The notes: generated by a model not told the origin, from the letters alone. 64,000 nt of DNA from Octopus sinensis (GCF_006345805.1 NC_043000.1:4340001-4404000); one strand, 5' to 3'; numbered from the stretch's first letter, positions 38,621-53,362 are shown. Translations and numbers: made by a program.

Positions 38621-39382
38621 AATATATATATATATTTTAAATAATTGTTAAGGAAGACAGAGTGTACTATAAGCTTTATCCATTAATGGATTTGTGAACT
38701 ATTACAAATGCACACATCATAGCAACACCATCCTGCCACACACAGTAGTGAAAGGTACATATTATAGCACTGCAATGTATTATGTAAACTAATGAGGTTT
38801 CTTCTGCATTGTGGGGTGCATTCAATTCCATTACATCGTTCCCCACCTACTAAGGAGGAGTGTTGATGTAAGTCCAAACAATCATCTTGCTAAATAAAGC
38901 TTACTCTGACTTCCCTATCAATTTAAAATATACTAAACATGCACCGAGGAATTCCTTATGTAGATCCTTGGACTAAAGTGCAGTATTGTGGATGATACTT
39001 AGTAGCTGTAAGGGATGAATGTGCTCTCATGGTGCACTACTAGGGACATACCCAAAACAAGGTTTGGATACCACATTTTAAAGTCTCCTGTCTAAACTTT
39101 AATTGTAAACATATATATATATCCAGAATTAGGATATATAATTATAGATTCTTATTCACATACACAGCAACCCCAGTTGCTAACTGTAAGCTATAAAACA
39201 ATTTTTTCAGCTTATTGAACTTTGATATGGGAAAAATTTACAACCTTCTACATCAATAAACCAATATTGTTCCTAAAAATTGTTTTTATACCTTCTATGG
39301 GCTGCTCAAAGCTTTCTAACTACTTACACCTTGTTCCCTAGATCTTACCTTTACATATTACTATATATATATCTATATGTGT

Positions 39383-39923
39383 ATCATCATCATCATCATC
39401 ATCGTTTAACGTCCGTTCTCCATGCTAGCATGGGTTGGATGGTTCGACCAGGGATCTGGGAAGCCAGAAGGCTGCCCCAGGCTCCAGTCTTATCTGGCAA
39501 TGTTTCTACAGCTAGATGCCCTTCCTAATGCCAACCACTCCGTGAGTGTAGTGGGTGCTTTTTACGTGCCACCTGCACAGGTGCCAGGCGAGGCTGGCAA
39601 CGGCCACGGTCGGATTGGTGCATTTTATTGGTTCAATTTCGATTCCAATTTCGATTTCGATTTCACTTGCCCCAACATGTCTTCGCAAGTAAAGGGGGTT
39701 GGCATGGGTGCCTGTCGTCGGATGAGGTTCGATATCAACTTCGCTTGCCTCAACAGGTCTTTGTGTCCAAGGGAGGAAAAGCATGCATAAGTGGGCTGGG
39801 CTCACTTGTCCTGCCTGGTCTTCTCACGTACAGCATATTTCCAAAGGTCTCGGTCACTGGTCATTTCCTCAGTGAGGCCTAAAGTTCGAAGGTCGTGCTT
39901 CACCACCTCGTCCCAGGTTTTCC
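39383..39923 (-). mobile_element. RTE-type LINE 3' end including ORF C-terminus
   Basis: KTWDEVVKHDLRTLGLTEEMTSDRDLWKYAVREKTRQDK. Confidence 0.9.
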
Positions 39924-39944
39924 TATATATATATATAATAAGAA

Positions 39945-40450
39945 TAATAATATAAATAATATATAAATATATGCATATATACATACATATATATGTATAT
40001 ATACATGCATATATGGGTACAGGACATAAAAAAAAAAAAACGCGGAACACAATGAGAAATAAAAACATAAAAACAAAAACATAGGAACGAACTTTTTTTG
40101 CTTTGCAGGAAGGACTGTTTCAATGAAGTTGCATCTTGTCCTTACCTTCGAAACGTGGAGTAGATGAAACAGGGACAACTGAAGAAGGGGAATATTCCTT
40201 GTGTTGCATGTCTTGTACTCTGTTTTTTTCGTTGTTTGAATTAAAGTTCGTTCCTATGTTTTTGTTTTTATGTTTTCATTTCTCATCGTGTTACACATTC
40301 TTTTTTTTGCTGTTCTGTACACGTATATGCATGTATATATACATATATATGTAGGTATGTACATATATGTATGTATATATGCATATATTTATATATTATT
40401 TATATTATTATGTGATCGAACACCACGCATCCTTTTCCAAGTAAGTTTTA
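39945..40450. mobile_element. Fold-back element with ~150-bp inverted arms (Penelope-like architecture)
   Basis: Arms 39945-40095 and 40243-40410. Confidence 0.65.
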
Positions 40451-40476
40451 TCTATCTATCTATATCTATATATATA

Positions 40477-40545
<69 letters not shown>

Positions 40546-40907
40546 TATAGACTACCCCAGGCTACTATATATGTATGTGTGTTTGAATCCCTGTAATGTA
40601 GTGGTCTGACAAAAGAAACTGATAAAATAAGTATCAGGCTTTAAAAAATAAGCACTGGGGTTAGATACATTCAGCTAAAAAAATTCTTCAAGGCGATGCC
40701 CCAGCATGGCTGCAGTCTAATGTCTGAACAAATAAAAGATTAAAGAAAAAATAAGATATATATATGTGTGTGTGTGTGTGTGAACACACACATATATACA
40801 CACATAGAAATGTATATATGTATATACATATATACATATACACACACATACACACATATACATATATACATATATATTTATGTATGTATATATGTATGTA
40901 TATATAG

Positions 40908-40977
<70 letters not shown>

Positions 40978-41539
40978 GAAGGTATACTACTTTTAGTGTA
41001 GTCTAGGGAAAGTTTTCTCCTTCAGTGGATTCTGTAACATTTATAGAATACCATGGTTCCTTAGACCAATGCAGAGAACTACACGCTTTGACGGTGAATA
41101 GTGAGATTTTATTATCAGAAAACAAAGCATATTACATTCACATGAAAGAAGTTTTTTTCCCTTGATGGAGATCTTCAATGTTTCTACATATTAGTTATGG
41201 GAATATTTACTGACAAAAAAAGTATCAGCCTAGCAAATGAATAATGTGATTTTATTCATGAATGCTGTTCTGTAATCTTTGTGATGAATGGGAAAAAGAT
41301 TCCATAATATAATAGAAAAACTTATAACTATGATTAAATGGTAAATGGTTTCATTGTTCCCGAAATTGTAATTTAAAAAGATCATCAAATTTAGCCTTGC
41401 GAGGAGTCACTTGTGTAGTTGTGACATACGTAATGGTAAACTATTGGGAAATTAATATCTTGTGTTGCTTAATAATTATTTCTTTTCCCCTGTTATAAGA
41501 GTTCTTACATCAAAACAATTTTTACATTATCTTCAGCCT

Positions 41540-41579
<40 letters not shown>

Positions 41580-42706
41580 ATGCAGCCCCATGATAATGGT
41601 ACAGATATCATCAGCATTTATTGACATCATCTATGGAAATTCTTGTTGGCAACACAATATAGAAAATATTTCATGTCATTTCATATCTATATCCCTTTTT
41701 ATGGAGCGCTATCTGTCATTTCTTCTTCATTAAATCTGAATAATTTTCTACAGAAGAAAACTATAAAGTATGTCACATTATTGATGGTCGATATATTCAA
41801 TGGTGTTAGTTTGGTGCTATTTAACTACCCTGAAGATAGTTTCTTTCAGTGATTGTGACAAAGTATTATTCCATGCTTTGCTGGCTACCAAACTCACAAA
41901 AGTATGTGAGTAAGAAAAAAATGTTATCAGCACCATGTACAAAACTCAAAATATTTTACTTCCTCACAAAAATTTTATAGTTTTTTTTTTTTTAGAAACT
42001 TTTATCTACTTAATTCTATCAAATAGAAAATATCTTTGAATCTTATTTTATGATCAGTGTTCAAAGTCTGTAGCATTGGCTTTCAGTAGAAGTGGGTTGA
42101 CATCCTATTAGAAGAGATTAACAGCAGTTTAACAACTCTTTAGCAGTCTTTTAAAAAATACTTCAACAATATTTTAGCAGTATTTTAATACTCTTGCAGT
42201 CTTTTAGCAGTCTTTTGTTCTTTGGCAGTCATTTAGCAGTATTTTGTTCTTTGGCAGTCATTTAGCAATCTTTTAACAGTAATAATACTGTTTTCTTTTA
42301 GCTCTTTCAGTGGTTCTTTAACAATCTTTTAGGACTAATTTTGTACCATTTTAACTGTATTTCAGTGGTACTTTAACAATATTTTCTCACTGTAATCTAA
42401 CATTCTTTTTAGCAGTATTTTAATAGTCCTTTAGTATTTTTCAGAGATTTTCAGCATTTCTTCAACATGTTTTTGGCAGCATACCATGAATTTTATCAAT
42501 ACTGTAGCAGTGTTTTAACAATACATCTACTCACTTTTAAGCAATTGTTTTACAGCCCATTTAGCTGCAATTTAGCAGAATTTTTGCAACATTTTAGCAA
42601 ATGTCTTAGCATGCATTTAGCTGCCTATTGCCAATTTATTTTCAGCATGTTCATGAAATCAGTAGTTACATCAGTACCAGAATAATAATTTAAAGCTGCA
42701 CATTCA

Positions 42707-43080
42707 ATGACTGGCATCTGTACTAGTGGGGTGCAAAGAGCACCATACGAGCATAATCATTGACAGAACGGCTAACTGGCTTCCGTACCAGTGGCACATA
42801 AAAGGCACCGTTCGAGTGTGATCGTTACCAGTGTCACCTTACTGGCACTTGTGCCCGTGCTAGCAGGGTGCCAAGAGCACCATCCGAGTGTGATTGCTGC
42901 CAGAGCAGCCAACTGGCTTCCATGCCGGTGGCACGTAAAAGGGCACCATTCAAGCGTGATCGGTACCAATGTTGCCTTACTGGCATTTGTGCTGGTGGCA
43001 TGTGTAAAAAGATTTGAGCAAGGTCGTTGCCAGTACCGCCTGCCAAAGTTTCTATAGCTGGATGCCCTTCCTAACGCCAT
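42707..43080 (+). mobile_element. RTE 3' UTR tandem-repeat fragment plus short inverted 3' piece
   Basis: gtggcacgtaaaagggcacc-type repeats; 43043-43080 is in the opposite orientation. Confidence 0.7.
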
Positions 43081-43449
43081 GATGATGAGTCAATATAAAA
43101 ACTGTACTGAACTTATATCAAACAGGGACTTATATCAAACTTATAATATAAGTTTCATATAAGACTTATATGAAACAATGGCTCAGTGTAGAGGTTGTAA
43201 TTTGCTAATGTCTGTCAGAGAGTGATAGGGTGACTCATTGTTGAAACTGTACAGTTTGGATATATGTCAGATTGTGACTCAGTCAGGAGACCGTGCTGAA
43301 TTCAGTCTAGAGACTGTACCATTACATGTCGATTAGTGACTCAGTATAGTGATTGCACAGTAGTGTACAGAGAGATGTCAGTGACACAGAGTAGAGACAG
43401 CACTGAAATCTTCAGATGTGTATCAGGCAGTGGCTCACAATAAGACTGT

Positions 43450-43818
43450 GGAAGCACTCCGTCGGTTACGACGATGAGGGTTCCGGTTGATCAGAATCAA
43501 CGGAACAGCCTGCTTGTGAAATTAACGTGTAAGTGGCTGAGCACTCCACAGACACGTGCACCCTTAACGTAGTTCTCGGGGATATTCAGCGTGACACAGA
43601 GAGTGACAAGGCCAGCCCTTTGAAATACAGGTACAACAGAAACAGGAAGTAAGAGTGAGAGAAAGTTGTGGTGAAAGAGTACAGCAGGGATCACCACCAT
43701 CCCCTGCCAGAGCCTCGTGGAGCTTTTAGGTGTTTTTGCTCAATAAACACTCACAACGCCCGGTCTGGGAATCAAAACCGCGATCCTACGACCGCGAGTC
43801 CGCTGCCCTAACCACAGT
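43450..43818 (-). mobile_element. SINE family B, 13-bp TSD
   Basis: Near-identical to 32170-32533; acaataagactgt at 43437-43449 and 43819-43831. Confidence 0.92.
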
Positions 43819-43941
43819 ACAATAAGACTGTACTGTACAAATGTATGTTAGTGACACGATATGGAGCGTACAAATATACATCAAACAGTGACACAATAGA
43901 GACTCTTTACTTTTTGGGTCTTGTGCCTAGAGTAGAAAAGA

Positions 43942-44447
43942 TTCTTTTCTACTCTAGGCACAAGGCCTGAAATTTTGGGGGAGGGACCAGTCGATTAAAT
44001 CGACCCCAGTACGCAACTGGTGCTTAATTTATCGATCCTGAAGTCAGCCTCAGCAGAATTTGAACTCAGGATGTAAACACCAATGAAATACCTATTTCTT
44101 TACTACCCACAAGGGGTTAAACACAGAGAGGACAAACAAGGACAGACAAACGGATTAAGTCGATTATATCGACCCCAGTGCATAACTGGTACTTATTTAA
44201 TCGACCTCCAAAGGATGAAAGGGAAAGTCGACCTCGGCGGAATTTGAACTCAGAACATAGCGGCAGACGAAATATCACTAAGCATTTTGCCCGGCATGCT
44301 AATGATTCTGCCAGCTTGCCACCTTAAAATATTCTTTTCTGCTCTAGGCACAAGGCTCGAAATTTTGGGAGAGGTGACCAGTCAATTAGATCGACCCCAG
44401 TACACGACTGGTACTTAATTTATTGATCCCAAAAGGATAAAAGGAAA
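43942..44447 (-). mobile_element. SINE D2-D1-D2 composite
   Basis: Pieces 43942-44091, 44092-44325, 44330-44447; flanked by ctagagtagaaaaga on both sides. Confidence 0.85.
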
Positions 44448-44677
44448 CTAGAGTAGAAAAGAATATGGACTCTCTACTGCATGTCTTGTATGTATATCTA
44501 GCATGTTCTAAGCATATGTATTGTGTGTCTTTCTATGTACAATGCTGTATGCTTGTAGGTACTACACTGTATATCCTGTATTGTATGTCAATGAGACAAC
44601 AAAGAGAACTCAGTATAAATATTTAACCAAAATTATATCTATATATCAAGCAATAAAACAGTTTTAAATCCTGTATG

Positions 44678-45040
44678 CGAAATCGAATCGAATCGAACCA
44701 GCCAGGATCCCTGGTCTGGTGGTACGTAAAAAGCACCATCCGACTCGTAGCCGATGCCAGCACCGCCTCGTCTGGCTTCCGTGCCGGTGGCACATAAAAT
44801 GCACCAATCCGACCGTGGCCATTGTCAGCCTCGCCTGGCACCTGTGCAGGTGGCACGTAAAAAGCACCCACTACACTCACGGAGTGGTTGGCGTTAGGAA
44901 GGGCATCCAGCTGTAGAAACACTGCCAGATAAGACTGGAGCCTGGTGCAGCCTTCTGGCTTCCCAGATCCCCGGTCGAACCGTCCAACCCATGCTAGCAT
45001 GGAGAACGGACGTTAAACGACGATGATGATGATGATGATG
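44678..45040 (+). mobile_element. RTE-type LINE 3' end, CpG-rich (young)
   Basis: Closely matches the reverse complement of 39383-39660. Confidence 0.9.
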
Positions 45041-45599
45041 TCCTGAGCATATTGTATTGTACATCCTCTGTATACTATACTGTATGCCTGTATGTACTGT
45101 GCTCTATATCTTGTGCTGTATGTCAATGAGACAACAAGGAAAACTCAGTATAAATATTTAACCAAAATTATATATTTATATATCAGGCAATAAAACACTT
45201 TTAAATGTGCACAGACTAGAGCAACACTATTTAACAATACCTCTTTTGCCATCCTTTATTCTTTATCTCTCACTTTCACCCACCATCTATCCATTTATCA
45301 CTTTATCTATTTTGTAGTTCACTGAATCATATCTTGTCAACTAAATTTGGCATGAAAATCACCATAAATACAATTTCTTGCTTTGTGCTTGAGAAGATCT
45401 GTGTAATAATTTCTGTGTTTCTTTAAAGTTTAGCTAGCAGGCTGCCACTGACAGATGCAGAAACAAATCTTATTGACTCAAACAACTACATTTTTATACA
45501 CGGAATCTATCAAACTAGTTCGAGAATGCTCCAACTATAAAACTTACTGAATTATTTATCTTCCTTTATGAGTATGCATTTTTCTTACTGGAACTAACT

Positions 45600-46950
<1,351 letters not shown>

Positions 46951-47299
46951 AAATGTGGCATGTGTGAAACTAATGTTTGTATGTATGAAAGTAAACAGAA
47001 GTGAAAAGAGAGACAAACAAATAGACATCTCTTCATTGACACCTATATATGGCACATACACACACAGAGAGAAACTGCACAGACACACATTGCATACATA
47101 CATATGCAATATTTACCAACATAAATACATAAGAATCATACTTATACATGCATACACACACACATCATATACATATTTATATAAACTGTAAAAAATACAT
47201 AGAATATTCACACGCACACAGAGGTTATATGCACATGCAAAACTTATACACATATACACACACATACAATATGTAGACGAATTCAAAAGCTGGTCCTAT

Positions 47300-47330
<31 letters not shown>

Positions 47331-47539
47331 CCCCAGGCATGTTCACAAAATCCACATATAAGCATAGATATGCAGACATGTGCATATGTGCATGCACACA
47401 AATTGGCATACACTGGAACAGATCTCTTTCTTCCTATGTATACACACACATCTCCCATTCAACCCTTTATATACACACACATAGCAAACCTTCACATGCA
47501 CACACAAACCTCGCAGGTACACATACACACACGTATAAA

Positions 47540-47556
47540 TACATCATCATTGTCAC

Positions 47557-47588
<32 letters not shown>

Positions 47589-47607
47589 ACATCATCATCC
47601 TCATCAC

Positions 47608-47639
<32 letters not shown>

Positions 47640-47658
47640 ACATCATCATCCTCATCAC

Positions 47659-47699
<41 letters not shown>

Positions 47700-47741
47700 A
47701 CATCATCATCATCATCACATCATCATCATCATCATCATCAA

Positions 47742-47777
<36 letters not shown>

Positions 47778-48400
47778 TTAATGTCTGTTGCTCATGTTTG
47801 CGTGGGTTGGATGGTTTGACCAGAGCTGGCAAGCTGGAGAGCAGCTCCAGTTTCCAGTCTGATTTGGAATCGTTTCTATGGCTGGATGCCCTTCCTAATG
47901 CCAACCTCTTTGCAGAGTGTGCTGGGTGCTTTTACGTGGACCCCACACAGGCACTTCACAGATGCTTTTACGTGGCACTGCATGGGTGCTTTTATGTGAC
48001 ACCACACATGCACTTTTATGTGGCACTGCACAGGTGCTTTTATGTGACACCACACATGCACTTTTATGTGGCACTGCACAAGTACTTTTACGTGGCACTG
48101 CATGGGTGCTTTTACGTGGCACCACACAGGCACTTTTATATGGCACTGCACAGGTGCTTTTATGTGGGACTGCATGGATGCTTTTATGTGGAACTGCATG
48201 GGTGCTTTTACAATGCACCACACAGGCACTTTTACATGGCACTGCACAGGTGCTTTTATGTGACACTACATGGGTGCTTTTATGTGGAACTACAGTGCCA
48301 CATGACATCAACACAGGACTCTTGTAGGTCAATCCTCACCACCAGGGGGACCGGTCTTAACATTTCTGCTGGGGAATACGGGTCTTCTTGAGTATAGCAA
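47540..48400 (-). mobile_element. RTE 3' end with long (CAT)n tail and internal ~22-bp minisatellite
   Basis: RTE tail 47760-47925; gcttttatgtggcactgcaca-type units 47925-48300. Confidence 0.8.
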
Positions 48401-48746
48401 GGTGCTGGCTCTCTCGGTACACAACCACAATATACATTGGCATACACAAACTAACCACACACACACACACACACAAAGTCTTACACACATGAACGTGTAT
48501 ACACATACATACACACTTGCACCAACAAACATTTATGCATTGACAAACATGTGCATATGCACAAATGCATACCTATAGGGAAAGGGGGAACGGAAGGAGA
48601 GAGAGAGAAAGAGAAAGTAAAAGACATTGAGAGAGAGGGAGGAAAAGAAAAGATGAGGCAGAAACAAAAACTGTCATATTGTAAAGGCAGAGATATTGAT
48701 AATAAATTCTGCTGCAGGATGTATTTATTGAATAATAATAATAATG

Positions 48747-48777
<31 letters not shown>

Positions 48778-48884
48778 TAATAATAATAACAACAACAACA
48801 ACATCAACAATAACAAAAACACCAATCGTCGTCATCATCATAACCATGACACAGCGATTATTATTATTATTATTTTTTTTTTTT

Positions 48885-49310
48885 TCTTCTTTCAAATTTG
48901 CTTCCATTTCTTGCCGGGTGTCTTCCCGACTCCTAGGGCAAAGAAACTCATAGTATACATTGGTAGGCCATTAAACTAAACGCAATAGTTCGTTCAATTT
49001 TTTTTTTTTTTAAGTTAAATTAAAATACATAGGTAGTAATAGTTCTCACATCGACAATGCTCTTCTCAATACGTGTGATGTTTATTATTATTATTATTAT
49101 TATTATTTTTTATGGGGTTTTTCCACCAGGAACCTTTCGAAGCGCCTCCCCCTATTGGGAGTTTTACGTTGTTATATTATTTGATTGTTACACTGTTTTT
49201 ACATGATTTTTTCACAAACGGACAAAACCCTTTGTAACCTTTCGTCCTGTTTTGTCCCTTTATGTTTTCTAATCATGTGTGTCAGCCTTTGTGGCCAATA
49301 AAAAGAATAA

Positions 49311-49312
<2 letters not shown>
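48885..49312 (+). mobile_element. Probable non-LTR element 3' UTR ending gcctt-gtggccaataaaaaga plus (TTA)n
   Basis: Similar end on the minus strand at 31682-31720 (gtggctaataaagaaac); no ORF, clade not determinable. Confidence 0.35.
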
Positions 49313-49359
<47 letters not shown>

Positions 49360-49360
<1 letters not shown>

Positions 49361-49565
49361 GGTGGCAAGCTGGCAGAATTGTTAATATGCTGGAAAAAGT
49401 GCTTAGTGGCATGTCGTCTGTGTATACATCCTGTGTTCAAATTCTGAGGAGGTTGACTCTGCCTTTCTTCTTTTCAGGGTCAAGAAAATAAGTATCAGTC
49501 AAGCGCTGGGGTCGATGTAATCGACTTCACTTCTTTCTCAAAATTACTTGCCTTCTACAAAGATT
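49360..49565 (+). mobile_element. SINE family D2, degenerate
   Basis: ggtggcaagctggcagaattgtt head and ctggggtcgatgtaatcgact. Confidence 0.75.
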
Positions 49566-49993
49566 TCTCAACACTTTCAACGTTCACTGCTGTGGCTTGA
49601 GCATCAAAACATACAGAAGAAATAGAGAGGGAATCCTTTAAAAACAGAATGAATGATACAAACCAGCTCCTGTGTGTGGTTGTTTAGTTTGACTGCTAAT
49701 CAGATGCTGTTGTATATTGTGGTACTGCAGCCTCTGAAAGGATGGGGAATCAAAACTAGCCAAACTTAGGACAGCTTCTATGTAGCAATACCTAAGCCAG
49801 CTGACAGCTACAACTTGACATAAACTGAAAAATGCTCCGTCGGGGTCAAATCTATTCCTGGCCCGTTCTATGATGTATCATATAATATGGAGATTGTCAT
49901 GAAAATCTCTGCTAGGATTAGATAGATTTGGGCATCTCCAGCTAACCTTCAGATAATGTCCACCTTTTCTAAATTTTTAACTCTATATAAGTA

Positions 49994-50273
49994 TATTCTG
50001 TTGTGTCTGGGGAGAATCATTTTCTTTTCGTGCCTTATTATGCAACACACCCACCGGTAAAATTTCCACTTTTTTTTCTTATTTTTATTGTCCTAAAATT
50101 TTCGTTGCGTCTTGCAAACTTTTCAATAGTTTTGAGAAAAAGTGGAAATTTTACCAGTGAGTGTGTTACATCATAAGGCACAAAAAGAAAATGACTCTCC
50201 CCAGACACAACAGAATATGCTTCAACACACGAACTCATATAAAGAATCTTGCAAAACAAATCCCAAAACGAAA
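49994..50273 (-). mobile_element. Inverted-tail mini-element with 12-bp TSD
   Basis: Arms 49993-50078 and 50135-50218; TSD tctatataagta at 49982-49993 and 50274-50285. Confidence 0.8.
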
Positions 50274-50451
50274 TCTATATAAGTAGCATTATGGACCCAA
50301 AATTGCTGAGTGTGTTTGGATTCTTCCTCAGTGGTGTTACCACTCATTGGCTCATATAACTGGAAATTCTCCTGGTTTGTTGTTAATGAGCTGGCAGAAA
50401 CGTTAACACACCAGGCGAAATACTGAGCAGTATTTCGCCTGTATTTACATT

Positions 50452-50880
50452 AGGTACAGGAGTGGTTGTGTGGTAAGTACCATAGTTCTGGGTTCAGTCC
50501 CACTGTGTGGCACCTTGGGCAAGTGTCTTCTACTATAGCCTCCGGCTGACCAAAGCCTTGTGAGTGGATTTGGTAGGCGGAAACTGAAAGAAGCCTGTCA
50601 TATATATGTATATATATATGTGTGTATGTGTTTGTGTGTCTGTGTTTGTCCCCCCCCCCCCCTCCAACATCACTTGACAACCGATGCTGGTGTATTTACG
50701 TCCCCGTCACTTAGCGGTTCGGCAAAAGTGACTGATAGAATAAGTACTGGGCTTACAAAGAATAAGTTCTGGGGTCGATTTGCTTGACTAAAGGCGGTGC
50801 TCCAGCATGGCCGCAGTCAAATGACTGAAACAAGTAAAAAGAAAAAAAAAGAAAAAAGAAAAAGAAAAAGAAAAAAGAAG
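50452..50880 (+). mobile_element. SINE family A
   Basis: Full match with a small deletion in the head. Confidence 0.9.
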
Positions 50881-51021
50881 AATTGTTTCTATTAACTGAA
50901 TTTCATTTGAGAAGCTTGGGTTAACCCAATGTCCCTTACATGCCCATACACTGGACATGTATGACCCATGTATGTTGTGGCTCACCTATGTATATCTGAC
51001 CTATGTATGCTGTGGCTCACT

Positions 51022-51640
51022 GTCATCATCATCTTTGTTTAACGTCCATTTTCCATGCTAGCATGGGTTGGATGGTTTGACCGGGGTCTGGGAAGCCAGG
51101 AGGCTGCACCAGGCTCCAGTCTGATCTGGCAGTGTTTCTACAGCTGGATGCCCTTCCTAACGCCAACCACTTCATGAGTGAAGTGGGTGCATTTTACATG
51201 CCACCAGCACAGGGGCCAGAGGAAGCTGGCAATGGCCATGATCGGTTGATGCTTTTTACGTGCCACTGGCATAAAAGCCAGTCAAGACAGCACTGGCATC
51301 AACCACGTTCGGATGGTACTTTTTACGTGCCACCGGCACAGGTATCACAACTACAATTTCCATTTGATATTTATTTTGATGTTGATGTACTTGACTCAAT
51401 AGGTCTCTTCAAGCACAGCAGGTTGCCCTATGATCAAGGTACTTTTGAATGGGCTGGGGCTGGTTATGCAAAACTGGTGTAGGATACAGCCATGAACTCA
51501 CTTTACTTGCAAGGTCTTTGCAGTCACAGCATATCTCCAGAGGTCTCAGTCTTTCGTAATTGCCTCTGTGAGGCCCAACGTTCGAAGGTCATGCTTCAAC
51601 ACATCATCCCATGTTTTCCTGGGTCTAACTCTACCCCGGA
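51022..51640 (-). mobile_element. RTE-type LINE 3' end including ORF C-terminus
   Basis: Minus strand RGRVRPRKTWDDVLKHDLRTLGLTEA, then 3' UTR. Confidence 0.88.
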
Positions 51641-52467
51641 ATATTTCCAGGGCCCAGTGCATTGATTTGCCCAGGGGCTTACAATACTTCTAAGATGATC
51701 CTGAGTTAACCCAAGGGTTTGGTAAAAGATACTTGCACAAGGTCCAACACTGTGGAATTGGACCCTGGATTTCATGATTGCAAAGTAAACTTCTTAATTA
51801 TTTGGACACTCTTAAGCTGATGAAAGTACTAATAACAACAACTACAACATCAATATAGATAACAACATCAAGGACACTACAGCATCAAAAACAATAAAAA
51901 CATAAATGATAACAGCAAAATAAACAACAACAACAATAGTAATAAAGAATGATAGGAAAAAGAAGTATTTAAAAGAATCAGTGAAATTTCAAATATTACT
52001 AAATAACATACTTTCAACTACTTAATAGCTGACATTTTAAAATTTTTATCACTTAATATCTAATATCTTTAATAACTGATTAATCTTTCTTTTTATAATG
52101 CAATTAACATTTCAATATTTCAAATTTTAATTGAAAGCAAAATTACAATATTCTAAAAGCTACATATATGTAGATGTTTTGAAAAAAATTACAAAAATTT
52201 TGGTCAATTATAGTTTTGAATTAAATTCTTGAACAATTCAGATCCTACTACTCTACTTAACATAAATTCCTGGTTTTCTCTGTAAATATTGGTCTTCTTT
52301 GTAAGTTCTGGTTCTTCATAAATCCTTGTCTTCTCACTAAATCACAAAGTTCAATCCCACTTAAGTTCCACTGTATGGAACATTGGGCAAATGTTTTCTA
52401 ATGTAGCCTCAAGCAACAAGTGCCTTGTATGTGGATTTAGTAGATGGAAACCATAGTAATATTAATG

Positions 52468-52507
<40 letters not shown>

Positions 52508-52547
52508 TAATAATAATAACAATAATAACAATAATAATGATGATGAT

Positions 52548-52740
52548 GATGGTACAAAGCCAGCAATTTCGGAAGAAGGGGCAATTCAAGTACATCAGTT
52601 GGTATTTACTTTATCAAACTCCCTGAAAGGATGAGTAGTGGAGCCTACATTGGCAAAATTTGAATTCAGAATGTAAAGATGGACAATATGACACTAAGTA
52701 TTTTGCCCAGCAAGCTAACAATTCTGCCAGTTTGCCACCT
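52548..52740 (-). mobile_element. SINE family D, degenerate, within (AAT)n
   Basis: aattctgccagtttgccacc is the reverse complement of the head. Confidence 0.7.
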
Positions 52741-52754
52741 TGATGATGATGATG

Positions 52755-52804
<50 letters not shown>

Positions 52805-52814
52805 CCACTGGTGA

Positions 52815-53362
52815 CTATGCCGTAATTATGGATATGAGGTTACGGGTGCTTGGTACCAACATACAACTGGAAAAGGTAATGGACGAAAAGGGGAAGGCAA
52901 AAATCCTCTGGGACTTTGACTTCCAGACATATAAGATATTAGAGCATCAAAGGCTGAATATAGTAACCTTTAGGAGGGACAACCAAGAGCGCCTAATAAT
53001 TGACGTGGCAGTGCCAGGAGGTCAACATGTCATATTGAAAGAAAGAGAAAAGGTTGATAAATATGGAGACCTGAGAATTGAGAGATTGCTTAGATGTGAC
53101 AGCTACGAGAGTCAAACATAAAGGTTATCCCTACTGTCATTGGAGCATTAGGTTCAATATCACCCAATCTGAAAAAAACATCTGAAAATACCCTACAATC
53201 TAGATGTATTGCAAAAGGCGGCATTACTTGGAACTGTACGCTTATTGCATAAAGTACTGTCTGTCTGAGGTCCTTGTTGTGACTTGACAAACAGTACAAA
53301 CCCCCTGTAGACACAATATCTTCAATCAACAACCTCACGATATTGGATACTGTGTGACGTCT

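Noticed and set aside
40980-41950. Host gene exons in repeat-poor stretches
   Set aside because: No ORF with recognisable protein motifs or consistent splice-flanked frame; short exons cannot be excluded without RNA-seq
47339-48391. 350-aa ORF with repeated HxCFYV motif, resembling a metal-binding protein
   Set aside because: Concatenation of (CA)n, (CAT)n, an antisense RTE UTR and its minisatellite
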